From Candidatus Omnitrophota bacterium (GTDB taxonomy: Bacteria > Omnitrophota > Gorgyraeia > 2-02-FULL-51-18 > JAGOUK01), in assembly GCA_047639455.1 (NCBI GenBank), contig JBLINS010000002.1, forward strand, positions 226 to 64,225: a DNA stretch of 64,000 nt, given 5' to 3'. Below the pieces are notes generated by a model that was not told where the DNA came from, made no database searches, and was given only the letters and a program-made list of their open reading frames with translations. Below, piece by piece: positions 28,126 to 39,700 of the stretch (the stretch's first letter is position 1; each line of letters opens with the position of its first letter). The translations under genes and the position numbers were made by a program.

Positions 28126-28854
28126 ATGAAGCTCAATAAAGATGTGGCATGGATTAAAGGCGCATTATTCATTATCATATCAAGTCTCATTTATGTAGCG
28201 GATGTGAGTGCTGCAAGTACAGCATTTGATGCCGGTACATTAGAACGTGATATTATCGCCTCATACCCCGCAACTGATTTAAGGACTTATCACTTGTCTG
28301 AATCAGTCAATTCGTATACTTTTAAATCAAATTCAACGCCTGCAATGACTTTTTATTTTAAGAATAAGTTGTTGATTAAAGGCCTGCGTGATGATCGCCA
28401 TGAAATAGTTAGGCAATATTTAAGCGAGTTTTGCGCAACTTCACTAAAACAGCAATTTAGTTTTGTTTATGATGCATTGTTCCAAATTATGGAGGCATTG
28501 CCTGATGATGTATTTTGGGAAATAACGAAGCGAGATTTTCCTATTATTTTTACAGAAATATTCTCCTCAGGTAATGCAAGTTTAGCTAATTCCTCAGCGA
28601 CACGAAGCATGCCAATGGATCCGCCTACTTTCATGAATGGGTTTTGGCTCGTGAAATTAGGGTCAAACTTAGAGGCTAGCCAAAATATTTTGGCCATAAA
28701 GGGCGTTATTGCCCATGAAATCGCACATCGATATTTGAACCATAGTCACGGGAACGGTGAATCTGGGGAGCGCGCTGCGAATCGCCTGATTCAAACATGG
28801 GGTTTGAAGGCTGAATATGTGGCGGCTAAGGCAGAGTTTGGTCATGCAAGCTAA
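28126..28854 (+). CDS. Secreted putative zinc metallopeptidase (HExxH)
   Basis: Signal peptide and the single HEIAH motif followed by ...NHSHGNGESGE. Confidence 0.45.
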   Translation: MKLNKDVAWIKGALFIIISSLIYVADVSAASTAFDAGTLERDIIASYPATDLRTYHLSESVNSYTFKSNSTPAMTFYFKNKLLIKGLRDDRHEIVRQYLSEFCATSLKQQFSFVYDALFQIMEALPDDVFWEITKRDFPIIFTEIFSSGNASLANSSATRSMPMDPPTFMNGFWLVKLGSNLEASQNILAIKGVIAHEIAHRYLNHSHGNGESGERAANRLIQTWGLKAEYVAAKAEFGHAS

Positions 28855-30073
28855 AGTTTGGCCCACTATTATTATTGGTGCAGGGGCCGCTGGTTTAATG
28901 ACCGCAATACAGCTCGGACGTTGTAAAAAAGATGTATTATTATTGGACAGCCGCAAACGAATTGGCGCCAAAATCCTTATGTCGGGTGGCACAAGATGCA
29001 ATTTAACTAATCGCCGCGTGACACATTTAGACTATGCGACCGAAAATCCATCTATATTAAGATCCATTCTAAAGCAATTCTCATCTAAAGAAGCCATTGA
29101 TTTCTTTGCTGATATTGGCGTTGATGTTGACGTAGAAGCTAGCGGCAAGTATTTTCCTAAGTCACATTCGGCCCAAACAGTATTAGATGCATTAATGGTG
29201 GAACTCGAGAATGTAGGCATTGATTTGCACACAGAAAAGCGGGTTACGCAAATAGAAAAAAAAGAGCAACTATTTTGTGTGACTGGAGAATCTTTTGAGT
29301 ACATGGCCGAGAGAATCGTTTTGGCTACTGGCGGACTTTCTTTTCCATCTACAGGCAGTGATGGCGGCGGCTTGAGTATATCCAGCGCTCTTGGACATCA
29401 AATGATTGAGACAACGCCCGCATTAGTGCCTTTACTGACAACAGACAAAATATGGAAATCCCTTTCTGGACTAACCTTGCCCGTATGTCTAACTCTTAAA
29501 ACCAAAGCTAAAAAGGCTCAATCTGTACAAGGCTCTTTTTTATTCACGCATTTTGGATTTAGCGGACCAAGTGTATTAAATATAAGTCGTTATTGGTTGC
29601 GCTTACGTGATAAACAAAACAGCACATTAACGGTTAATTTTTTACCTGAAATGAGCTATGAACGTCACGAAGAAGTGATATTAGAATTACAAAAGTCCAA
29701 ACCTACTTTAAATATGAAAAATTATTTGAAGCAATATCTGCCAGAACGACTTGCTAGCGCAGTATTAAAAAAGGCGCATATTTTGCCAAATATTTCTATG
29801 GCACATTTGAAGCGAGAGCTAAGAATTGCTTTGCTGACTCAATTACATGCAAGCCCGCTCAATATAAGCGGATCTATGGGTTATGCAAAGGCGGAGGTAA
29901 CGGCCGGCGGCGTTAGTTTGAATGAAGTATCACGTAAGTCATTGGAATCAAACAGGTTAAAAGGACTTTATTTTTGCGGAGAAATTCTTGATGTCGATGG
30001 ACATATCGGTGGATTTAATTTTCAATGGGCTTGGAGCAGTGCTACGGTAGTCGCTAAAGCACTTTGTGCGTGA
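28844..30073 (+). CDS. HI0933/BaiN-like FAD-dependent flavoprotein
   Basis: N-terminal Rossmann motif IIIGAGAAGLMTAIQL...LLLDSRKRIGAKILMSGGTRCNLTN, characteristic of HI0933-family proteins. Confidence 0.75.
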   Translation: MQAKVWPTIIIGAGAAGLMTAIQLGRCKKDVLLLDSRKRIGAKILMSGGTRCNLTNRRVTHLDYATENPSILRSILKQFSSKEAIDFFADIGVDVDVEASGKYFPKSHSAQTVLDALMVELENVGIDLHTEKRVTQIEKKEQLFCVTGESFEYMAERIVLATGGLSFPSTGSDGGGLSISSALGHQMIETTPALVPLLTTDKIWKSLSGLTLPVCLTLKTKAKKAQSVQGSFLFTHFGFSGPSVLNISRYWLRLRDKQNSTLTVNFLPEMSYERHEEVILELQKSKPTLNMKNYLKQYLPERLASAVLKKAHILPNISMAHLKRELRIALLTQLHASPLNISGSMGYAKAEVTAGGVSLNEVSRKSLESNRLKGLYFCGEILDVDGHIGGFNFQWAWSSATVVAKALCA

Positions 30074-30111
30074 ATTTGGAATTTGGTCTTTATATCGTGT
30101 AAGCTTTAGGT

Positions 30112-30420
30112 ATGATGAGACAAGCGCAATTTATTGTTGGCCAAGTTATTCACCATATAGAGTTCGAGTATCGTGGTGTTATCATTGGGATTGATTCCGA
30201 ATGCAAAGCATCTGAAGAATGGTATGCTGAAAATACGGATCAGCCAAATTGTGACCAACCTTGGTACCACATCCTAGTTCACTCAGAAACACATATGACT
30301 TATGTGCCTGAAGAATACTTAAAGCAATCCGAAAGCGAAGAAGTTGTTAAGCACCCCATGCTTATGCATTTTTTCACTAGTTATGCTAACGGCCGTTACT
30401 TCAAAGAGTCTTTAAACTAA
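30112..30420 (+). CDS. hspQ: HspQ/YccV-like hemimethylated-DNA-binding domain protein
   Basis: FIVGQVIHHIEFEYRGVIIGIDSE...PWYHILVH matches the HspQ/YccV pattern. Confidence 0.6.
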   Translation: MMRQAQFIVGQVIHHIEFEYRGVIIGIDSECKASEEWYAENTDQPNCDQPWYHILVHSETHMTYVPEEYLKQSESEEVVKHPMLMHFFTSYANGRYFKESLN

Positions 30421-30426
30421 TCTCTA

Positions 30427-30466
30427 AATTCAATTTAATTCAATTTAATTCAATTTAATTCAATTC
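30427..30466. repeat. Tandem repeat, 4 copies of the 10-bp unit AATTCAATTT
   Basis: Read directly from the sequence: AATTCAATTT x3 then AATTCAATTC, in the hspQ / FecR-like intergenic region. Confidence 0.85.
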
Positions 30467-30521
30467 ATTTGCTTTGTAATCCCAAAACTAGGATAATTTC
30501 TTGCATAAACAGGAGGAATAT

Positions 30522-31148
30522 ATGAAGAACGTTTTAACTACATTTGCAATAGTGCTAGGTTTGATATTGGCGATACCGTCGCAAGCGAGCGCTAATCGAG
30601 TTGTCGTATCGCATTTGGATGGAGAAGCGTCTATTTTTCGAGAAGATGGACACCATGCAGCCAGCGTTGGTTTGGAATGTTTGCAAAATGACATTATTGG
30701 AGTGTCTAGTGGCGGCATGCTAGATCTATCATTTAACCAAAATGCAGGTAGCCGTTTTTTGGCAAATACTCAAGCCACTTTGAATCACGTTGATCCAGAT
30801 AATGCCCGATTAACAATTTTGCAAGGTAATGTTATTCTCAATGTCGATAAACTGAAACCCGGCCAAAGTTTCGCTATGGAGACACCAATGGCGACAGTTT
30901 GGGCGAGCGGGGCTAAGTTTTGGGGCCGCGTATTGCCGCCTAGCGCCTTAGAAAATGGCATTGTGGCAACGGTTGCTGTTCTAGAAGGTGCTGTGCGAAT
31001 ACAACCTATAGGTTCTGACCAAATGGTGGACCTTAAAGCAGGTCAGGCGGTGGACATATCGAAAAAGGGTATACCAACGATTAGACCGGCTTTACAGGCT
31101 GAGCTTGATGCTATGGCCATGGCTAACGAAATCGCCATTTCGGTATAA
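30522..31148 (+). CDS. Secreted FecR-like domain protein
   Basis: AGGAGG RBS 5 nt upstream of the ATG at 30522. Signal peptide. FecR-like pattern (VSHLDGEASIF ... TILQGNVILNV ... LEGAVRIQP). Confidence 0.45.
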   Translation: MKNVLTTFAIVLGLILAIPSQASANRVVVSHLDGEASIFREDGHHAASVGLECLQNDIIGVSSGGMLDLSFNQNAGSRFLANTQATLNHVDPDNARLTILQGNVILNVDKLKPGQSFAMETPMATVWASGAKFWGRVLPPSALENGIVATVAVLEGAVRIQPIGSDQMVDLKAGQAVDISKKGIPTIRPALQAELDAMAMANEIAISV

Positions 31149-31917
31149 GTTAATTAAAAAATTTAGCACCACAATCCCTATAATCTTCTTCGGAGTTATT
31201 TTTTACGGCATGTTTGCCGTGCAAAATGCTTGGGCGGTCACTTACTCGTCCGCCAATGCCCCTCAATTATCTTTAGTCGAGTTATATACGTCTGAGGGGT
31301 GTAGCAGCTGCCCTCCTGCTGATAAAAAAATGTCGGACTTTACAAGAGATAAGGGATTGTGGGATAGCTTTGTTCCGATAGCCTTTCATGTTGATTATTG
31401 GGATCGCCTAGGTTGGAAAGATAAATACGCCAATAGCAGCTTTGCTGATCGACAAAGAGAATATGCTAATCTTTGGCAATCAAAATACACTTATACACCT
31501 GGGTTTGTGGTGAGTGGCCTTGAATGGGATCGATGGCGAAATCAGGCGCGGCCCAAAAAAACATCTATGAATAAGGGCGTATTGACAGCTACAGATATTG
31601 GCCCTTACGAATTCAATGTGTCTTATGACCAGCCTTTGGAGCAAGGTCATTCTTGGAAGGCGCATGCGGTACTTATGGGATTCAATTATGATTCTCCTAT
31701 ACGTGCGGGTGAAAATCGCGGTAAAAAATTAAGGCATGATTTTGTTGCCCTTGATTTAAAACACAAAATAATGCTTAAAAAAAATTCGTACTTTGAGGCA
31801 CGGTTCAAATTAAACGTACCACCAAATTTAGAGACAGATAAATACGCAGTTGTTTTTTGGATTGAGTCATCGGAATTACAAAAGCCAATTCAAGTCACGG
31901 GTGGATACTATGGTTAG
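31105..31917 (+). CDS. DUF1223 thioredoxin-like protein (secreted)
   Basis: The motif ELYTSEGCSSCPPAD is typical of the DUF1223 family. An N-terminal hydrophobic segment is present. The exact start is uncertain because the ORF overlaps the upstream gene. Confidence 0.6.
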   Translation: MMLWPWLTKSPFRYKLIKKFSTTIPIIFFGVIFYGMFAVQNAWAVTYSSANAPQLSLVELYTSEGCSSCPPADKKMSDFTRDKGLWDSFVPIAFHVDYWDRLGWKDKYANSSFADRQREYANLWQSKYTYTPGFVVSGLEWDRWRNQARPKKTSMNKGVLTATDIGPYEFNVSYDQPLEQGHSWKAHAVLMGFNYDSPIRAGENRGKKLRHDFVALDLKHKIMLKKNSYFEARFKLNVPPNLETDKYAVVFWIESSELQKPIQVTGGYYG

Positions 31918-31937
31918 TGCGAGGTTAAAAAAATAAT

Positions 31938-32606
31938 ATGCATGTATATGCGCACCGCGGTGCACGTCTTGAAGCTACTGAAAATAGTTTAGAAGCATTT
32001 CGACTAGCTGCAGAATTAGGGGTGGATGGAATTGAGACGGATGTCCAAAGAACGGTCGATGGCGCATGGGTATTAATGCATGATGATTACGTATTAATTA
32101 ATGAAAGTTATGTATATGTACGTCAATTAACATTGAGTGAACTTAAGAAAAGCGTCGCTGCCGACGTAGTTCTTTTGGACGAATTGTTAGATGACGTTGG
32201 TCAAGGCCTGCCCATATTGCTTGATATTAAGCAAAATGATATTGCCTATGATTTGGCAAAAAAAATATTTATAGAGAATAAATTTGAGCATATTGAGATA
32301 TCTTCGTTTAGACATGAAGATATTAAATTGATAACCCAACATTACACCCAAATCAAAACATCCATCATCGTTGCGTCCATGCCATTGCGTCCAGAGATTT
32401 GTGTGCAAGCTGTTGGTGCCAAAGGCATTAGCTTGGTCCGCACGGCACTAACTCAAAGAGGTATTGATAGCTTGCAAAAAGCAAAGATAGACATCAAAAT
32501 TTATACGGTTAATGATATTAATGAAGCCCAAATGTTCAAAGATATGAATATTAATGCGGTTATTACCGACGACCCCAGACGAATTATGAACGTCTCAAAA
32601 AAGTAG
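31938..32606 (+). CDS. Glycerophosphodiester phosphodiesterase-family protein
   Basis: N-terminal HRGARLEATENSLEAFRLAAELGVDGIETDVQRTVDGAWVLMHD (GDPD catalytic motif). Confidence 0.75.
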   Translation: MHVYAHRGARLEATENSLEAFRLAAELGVDGIETDVQRTVDGAWVLMHDDYVLINESYVYVRQLTLSELKKSVAADVVLLDELLDDVGQGLPILLDIKQNDIAYDLAKKIFIENKFEHIEISSFRHEDIKLITQHYTQIKTSIIVASMPLRPEICVQAVGAKGISLVRTALTQRGIDSLQKAKIDIKIYTVNDINEAQMFKDMNINAVITDDPRRIMNVSKK

Positions 32607-32769
32607 CATCGAGCAGGAACGCTGTTATTACTTGATATATTCAGGATCCATGTTTACAATGTGTTTATAGTTAGCAAGTCATTGTTAGCTAACTTAAATG
32701 CGAGTTAGAAATAATAAAGCAGTCGACACAATAGAAGCGGTAGAAATATTAAAAACGGAGATACTAAAT

Positions 32770-33048
32770 ATGTCAATGGGTAAAGGTGATTTAACAGAAG
32801 CAATTGCAAAAAAAGCAGAGATTTCAAAAGCTCAGGCCGCCGAAATTTTGAACATAACAATCGATACAATTCAAGGATCATTGAAAAAGGGTAAGAAAGT
32901 TTCTATTACTGGTTTTGGTACTTTTGTAGTACGCAAACGCAAAGCTCGCACTGGTCGCAATCCACAAACTGGCAAAGCCATTAAAATTGCTGCTAAAAAA
33001 GTTGCTGCTTTTAAAGCCGGAGCTACATTAAAAAGCGCAGTTAATTAA
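32770..33048 (+). CDS. HU/IHF-family DNA-binding protein
   Basis: The ATG at 32770 has a GGAG RBS. GDLTEAIAKKAEISKAQAAEILN...ITGFGTFVVRKRKARTGRNPQTGKAI is the canonical HU fold signature. Confidence 0.85.
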   Translation: MSMGKGDLTEAIAKKAEISKAQAAEILNITIDTIQGSLKKGKKVSITGFGTFVVRKRKARTGRNPQTGKAIKIAAKKVAAFKAGATLKSAVN

Positions 33049-33072
33049 GTTATAAATTCAAAAATAAAAAAA

Positions 33073-33104
33073 CGCCGTAGAGACTCTCTACGGCGTTTTT
33101 TTTA
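33073..33104 (+). terminator. Rho-independent terminator downstream of the HU gene
   Basis: 10-bp perfect stem CGCCGTAGAG / CTCTACGGCG with a 3-nt loop, followed by TTTTTTTTT. An A-run precedes it, so it may work in both directions. Confidence 0.8.
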
Positions 33105-33264
33105 TTTGGTACCGCTTACTATTGAGGGGAAGTAGTCGGCGCCATGTTCATCTCACTCACGAGAAGAGTAGTTCTAACTAAGTATTAAGCCAATACCATT
33201 GAGAAAACAACATCCGTTTGATAATTGCCACTAGGTTGATCAACTGGGATGAGCTCACTCGCGC

Positions 33265-33411
33265 TTACATCACCAATGCGTCAACAACCGCAGCGCTTAT
33301 TGGTATTACTGGGCTATTTGCCCCATGATTACCCCCACCCATAGCAAAAGCCATGGCCGTGATCATTAATGCCATTGTAAGCGTGAGTCCGACAGTGAGT
33401 GAGCGTTTCAT
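33265..33411 (-). CDS. Small (48 aa) hydrophobic peptide ORF with a strong RBS, not in the ORF track
   Basis: Minus-strand ATG preceded by AGGAGG at 7-nt spacing. It encodes MKRSLTVGLTLTMALMITAMAFAMGGGNHGANSPVIPISAAVVDALVM. Confidence 0.3.
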   Translation of the reverse strand: MKRSLTVGLTLTMALMITAMAFAMGGGNHGANSPVIPISAAVVDALVM

Positions 33412-33574
33412 GAATTAACCTCCTAAGGTTAAATAAATAACTTTCAAAAGATCTTATGAAAATAGTTTATCATGTTTAGTGGGCTTGTCAACATAAATAA
33501 ATTTATTTGTTAAGTTTCATATCATTCTCCCAATACATCCATGCACGCGCGCATATACTGAGGACGTTTACTAA

Positions 33575-33630
33575 TTAACGTCATTGCGAGAAGCGCGCAG
33601 CAAGCGACGTGGCAATCTAGGGTTATGCTG
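33575..33630. repeat. Dispersed short repeat (family copy) upstream of the giant ORF
   Basis: ACGTCATTGCGAGAAGCGCGCAGCAAGCGACGTGGCAATCTAGGG, near-identical to 22187-22225. Confidence 0.5.
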
Positions 33631-33740
33631 ATATCACTAAACTCAATCTAATTTACTATTACAAGTTATTCCTTGCACGACTTGCTTGAGTGTAAATCGA
33701 GCAAAAAAAACCCCCGAGACCCTTTAAAACGCCCATTCTA

Positions 33741-36700
33741 TTGGGTATACTTCCTTATATGTTTATATATACGAATTCTATATATACAGTATCCCGAATA
33801 ATTAAATCTATTAGTCTATTAATCATCTTTTTGATGACTGTGGAACAATTATGCTTTGCTGCTCCCGTGGGCCAATTAGGGTCATCCTTGACACAATTAA
33901 TAGGGTCTCAGAACAAGCCTCAAACGCTCCTTTCTTTAGTGGATTTGGTTCAAAACCCAGTTAACATTAAGCCCACCTTTAAATACGCCCATGTTCAGAA
34001 TATTCATCAAGGTACGAATGGAAAATTAATCATTCATATTCAGGATGCGCATGCAAACTTTTCTGGTCAAATGAATTTGGCCAAAACTATAGATGACTTA
34101 ATGACCAAATATGGAATTAAATTGGTATTGGCAGAAGGTGGCGAAGGAGACGCTTCACTTTCAACTTTACGATCAAAAATGACCACAAGAGATATGGATG
34201 CAGCAGCTAATCGTCTACTTATGGATGGCATGATAGCTGGTCATGAATATTTGGATTTGACATCCAAACACAAAATGAAATTAGTCGGCATAGAAAATAA
34301 AGAATTGTATTTGAGCAATTTAAAGGCCTATAGCGAATTAACCCAAACAAGAAAAAAAATCACGGCTCACTTGCACAAAATAAAAGTGGCCATTCAACGC
34401 TTGAAGAACAAACTTTATTCCAAAGATATATTGGAGTTAGAGTCCATAGAGGAATTCAATAAACAATTTGAGGCTTTGCTCCAATTAAATGATGGGCGCA
34501 TTCAATTAAGCACATACCCACAAATGCAATTATTAAAGAATCTTAAATCAGAAGAAAAGCTAATTGACTTCGATAGACTTAATCTCGAAAGAGAAGCTCT
34601 TTTTGACCTATTGTCCGCAAAAGGTCAAAGCGAAGCTTTGAGGAAATTAGTCCAAGACATGAGGCAAGGCCAGTCTTCTCAAATCACACAGTCCTTTAAT
34701 ATGCGCAAGCTATTTGAATTAGCTCATCAGAATCAAATCCAAATGCAAAGATTCTACAATCTCCAAAAATACAATGATTATCTAAAAGAATTTGTCCAAT
34801 TGGATTTTAATCATCTGTTGGAAGAAGTCGATGAATTTCAAACCCTGCTCTACCAGAACTTATTCCAAGGAGAGAAAGACCCATCTATCTTGAGGGCAAT
34901 AGACGTGTATAAAGATCTTTTAGATAAAGCCACCCAAATTCAAATGACGTCACGAGAGTTTCAAACCTTTATGGCGAATGAAGAGAAATTCGACGAAGAA
35001 GCCTGGCAAGCCTTTTTGAACCAAAAGCTATTAGACTTAGAATATTACGACAATCTCATCCCTTTTAAAGAAGAACTCACCGAATTCAAGCAAAAACTAA
35101 AGAATTTTTACCGACTAGTGAACCAAAGGGATGAAGCCTTTATCCAAAATATAAGCAAAGTCCTAAACCAAGAAGATGAACAAGCGGCCTTCTTAGTAAC
35201 TGGAGGTTACCATACCCAAAACCTCACCAAGCTTGTGCAAGCAGAGGGCTACTCATTCATCACCCTAAGCCCCAAAGTCACTTCAGAAACAAATCACCAA
35301 CAATACGAATCTCTTCTACTCAAAGAATTGAACCAATCAATCTCTAGTGGCGCTCAAACAAAGTCACCCATGCAAGTCATAACCACAACCCTAGTCCAAA
35401 CCCTATCCCGCATGTCTCAAGTTCGCATCCCCGAATACGCTAGAAGATTCTCTAATGAAAGATTTGGTCAAGTTGCTCAAATGATTGTGGACCCACGAAG
35501 TGCTTCCAGGATGACTAATTATCCAAACAAGCATATATTTAATGATTACGCTTCTATGATTCAGTGGCTTAAGATTGAGTTGGGAATGGACGATGAGCAA
35601 ATTGGCGTTGTGATCGTAGATGGTCCTGCTGCTTCTGGAAAGAAAGCTGTAGCGAAACACTTGTCGGATAATGGTGAGGTTGCTCATTTCAAAATGGATG
35701 GTTTTGCGTCTCAAGCTATGAGAAACGCACTGGCTCTGGCATTAGGTTTCTTTATAGGCCCTCTCTTATTGGGTCGTTTTTTGGATCGATTCATATTGAG
35801 GTTTTTTCATGACCATGAGGCTATCTTAGATCTTAAGCAACAAATAGCACATGCTATAAAACAAGTGGAAGAATCGAATGCCGAATCCGTAGAGGTTTCT
35901 CCACAGTATGGATTCAAAAATCTGGATCCAGAGTCTGCTATCAAAGCAATGCAGGATTCAAAGCAAACTGTAAAGAAGAGCTCCACAATTATTGTTTCTG
36001 GTCTTAGGGGAAAAGAGCTTCTTGGGACGGGCATGCCTCAGCAGCAATCCATATTGGTCACAACCGATTGGAACACCACATACAATCGTTACCAGGATCG
36101 ACAGACACAAGGAAATTCAAAACAATTTTGGCCATGGGCTTTAATACGTCAATTCACTGCTAGTTTTAAGTGGGAAGAGTCTTTCTTTGCCCGACGTCAA
36201 AACGAATATGATTTTGTAATCGACTCAACCAACATCGACCGCCCTACCGTGATTGATCAAAGAAACCTAACGACTGACTCAACGAGAATGAGCCCTAACT
36301 CAGTACCATTTGAAGGTAGAGCGCGAATGTCGAATCCGAACAATGATTCTTTACCTTTACCAGCTGGTGTTGATGGATATATTGTTGATCCTGGTGCAGA
36401 GGGGTCAGGCCGTGACTTGCCGATAAGTAAAAGTGGAGCGCGGATGACGAGTTCTTCCACTGAGCATGTAGCTGAAGAGGTGCCCGACCCTTTGGCTACA
36501 GGCGAGGATGGCGCAAGCTTAGCGGAAAAAAAGAAAGTTACGGGCAAGCGACCTGGCAGGGTTAGGCAAGTAGGTCACGTACCACTTGAATCTAAGAATT
36601 TTAATTTGATTATGGAATTTATTAAGAGATATCGCAAGATTGATTCCGACACCATTGAATATTCTACTTATTTAAGGGGAATCAATCCTCTCTTAGAAAC

Positions 36701-39700
36701 ATTACGACAAGAACCCAGGGCTCGAAGAAAGGAAACCAGAGCTCTCTTAGCCTTAACAGAAGGTTTTATCCAAAAGAAAAGCCATATTCAACCCACGCTA
36801 GATGAAATCATGGCCGTTGCCGTAGCTTCTTTTTCTATACCTTTAAATTCGCACCTCTTGGTGATTTATGCTTTAACATTAAAAATGCTTGATATGACAG
36901 GCAAAGATTTACTGAATGCCCAACAAATCAGTCAATTTGAAAAAGAATTACACGCATTAGTAGATCTTTATTCTTCCAAACATCCTCAGGAGAAAAATAT
37001 TAACTTAGCAACAATCATCAGACAAATTCTCTCAATACAAATGAAGGATAGTAAATCAAACTTATTATCACAGTCGCAATGGCACTTCTCTTCTGCCCTC
37101 CAAAGCGAGTTAGCCAAAATTGAATTACAAGAAATGGGTCAAGCATTACGACACGACCCTTCTGAATCTATTGGGCGAATTCAAACCTCTCATCACGCTT
37201 TAAAATTGGGAGCTCAAAATAATCAAATTGCCAATGTCGTTGATTGGACTCATGGATTAATGAGTCAGGATCATCGGGTTCGCAGAATGATTCGATCTCA
37301 TGAAGCATCCGAAATTCCTGCTAAATCCTCAATACAAAATGCGCTTCAACCAACAGTTAATGCAGTTAATGATAATTTGGACACATTGATTTTATGGACT
37401 CTAGAAGCCCTTAAAAAAGATGACTCAAATAATCAAACACGTGATAAGAAAAAACCCTTAATCGCTCAAACTGGTGTATCTCGATATGGACTGTCCTGCA
37501 AATCTGGCTCCGCTTGCAATCAAGCTGCGGCTCGGTGGAATGATGAACACACCCTCGATGACATTCTCGAATCAAGGGAATTGTTAGAAGAATTTAGTAT
37601 GCATATTGGTCAAACAAATCAAAGCCACGCCTCATTTACGCTTAACTACGGTCAAATATACGAACATACATTGCAACGCTTAATATACTTAAGAGCTGCG
37701 GACTTTCCATTCGATGCCTCGGATTCCGATGCCGAAAGCATTTCTGCGAATCTGGATCAGATCAAGTCGTTATTGCCGAAAGAATATTTCAAGATTTATA
37801 AACTCATCGTTTCAGGTACTGCAAGCAATTCACTAAAGGCGATCCAATTAATGGAGGCTAGTCAGTGGCTGAACGAATCATTGTTAGCAGAACTGTATCA
37901 ATATATTTCCAGAGATTTATTAAGCAAGGTTTTTGTTCACCAAGATGAAGCTTCTATTGAGGAAATAAAAATAATTTCTAAAGACAATAATGATGGAATC
38001 ATAGTGAACGTTAATCCAAACGGTTTGGCCGAAGTCTTCATTGACAATAGACAATATTTTGATAATCCTCGGATGATCACGATACCATTGCCCGATCACG
38101 CTGGTTCACAAGTGAGACTAAGAGCTCAGCGCGATTCAAGATCATTCTTATGGCTACACGCATTTTCTGTGAGTGAGGACTTATTCTTAGGCCAATTCTT
38201 TTACGACTCGGAAAGGCGTGAAATGTTACATGAAAAAAAACACTTTAAGTCCAGAGTCCTCAAAGGTCATGAGGGAGTTCCTGATATGCCCGACTCGGTA
38301 CCCGTAACTATGCAGAAAAATGAAATGGGTAATTATTTTGCATTTAAATATGAGGACAAAACCTATAACCTTTCACGCCCCTATGAGGCTCGTTATAAAG
38401 GTATACGCGATGATGCTGATCTGCAAACAATTCATATACGAATCATCCGTCAGCAAAACAAGGACTATGTTTATGGCTTCTTAAATCCGGACGACGAATT
38501 AGCCTCGGATGCTTTTGCCAAATGGTTATGGGTACCCAGCAAGGACGGTGGCCGTCATCGATTTGAAGCTGAATACTTTTATGTTCCTGGAACTAAATTA
38601 TGGTTTTACCATTTACTCCGCAATAATATCACTACCTCTAGAATCTACCAGGCTAGGATTGATTTAGATGACAAAGGACAAGCTATTATTCACAAAGAAT
38701 TAAAATTACGCTTAGGGGATATGTTTAAAGGTGGGGGCCAGAATATGCCTTCAGAAGCCCTTATGACAAACACATTAGCTGACCCATCGCGCGTGGATAT
38801 TTATGATGCACCTGAATCTGAGGACAAAAAAGAAAGAGGCAGTTTTGATCCGCGTCAAATGAGATTCATTGCTAGTAAATATTATTCTAAACCTCGCAGC
38901 ATGTTCCAGCGGGATTGGCAAATCGTAACGCAAAGACATAATGAATTTCTATCAGACTCCAATCTCATAGTTCCTAACCCTGACCCCGTTGTGGTTAGAA
39001 TGCCCATTGGTGTTGATACTAGAGCCAAAACCGGTCACCCCAAGCATATTATTGATACACCCACAGGCAAGCCCATTACATTCGAAAAAACCGAACATGT
39101 TGATGAGCTTGTTATGATTCGCTTTAATCAATTCAAAATGAATGGAAGAATACAGCGTGGCATTGAGCTCATCGCGCTGTCAGAAGACTTTGTACCCAAG
39201 TTTTTGATAAGACGCGGTTATTATCACGCACCGGGTGATGAATTTAAATGGCAAAGCCCTCGCAGGAGAAAATCTTATACCATTGAAGAAAGATATCAAA
39301 TTGAAGAAGTCCTGATTCATACAGGTTATCTAGGATCCTTCGTTCATCATATGACAATCAAAGCGGATTATCTGACTCGCGAATTTGTTCAAATGGTGAA
39401 TAATGAATTGCAATTAGCTCAAATAGATGTAGAAAAAGTACTTGATGAATACAATCATGTCTTAACTGAATTGGACAAAATTAAGGCATTCCTACTCAAG
39501 CAAAATTGGGAATCTTCAGAAATGGATAAACACTTTGGCCGAATCAGTGATGTCATTAGCCCCGTTTATCGTCAAGCCATCGATCAAGTTCAAAGGAATC
39601 AGCAAACTTATCCCATTGGAACACGTGTCAGGTTTAGGCATCGCAAAGCGACTGTGGAGGGTTATCAATCAATAGAGGGTGGAGTAATTCTTATTACCCT

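Noticed and set aside
30427-30466. CRISPR array
   Set aside because: The only regular tandem repeat has 10-bp units without spacers. The dispersed GC-rich repeats are irregularly spaced and non-identical. No cas genes are present.
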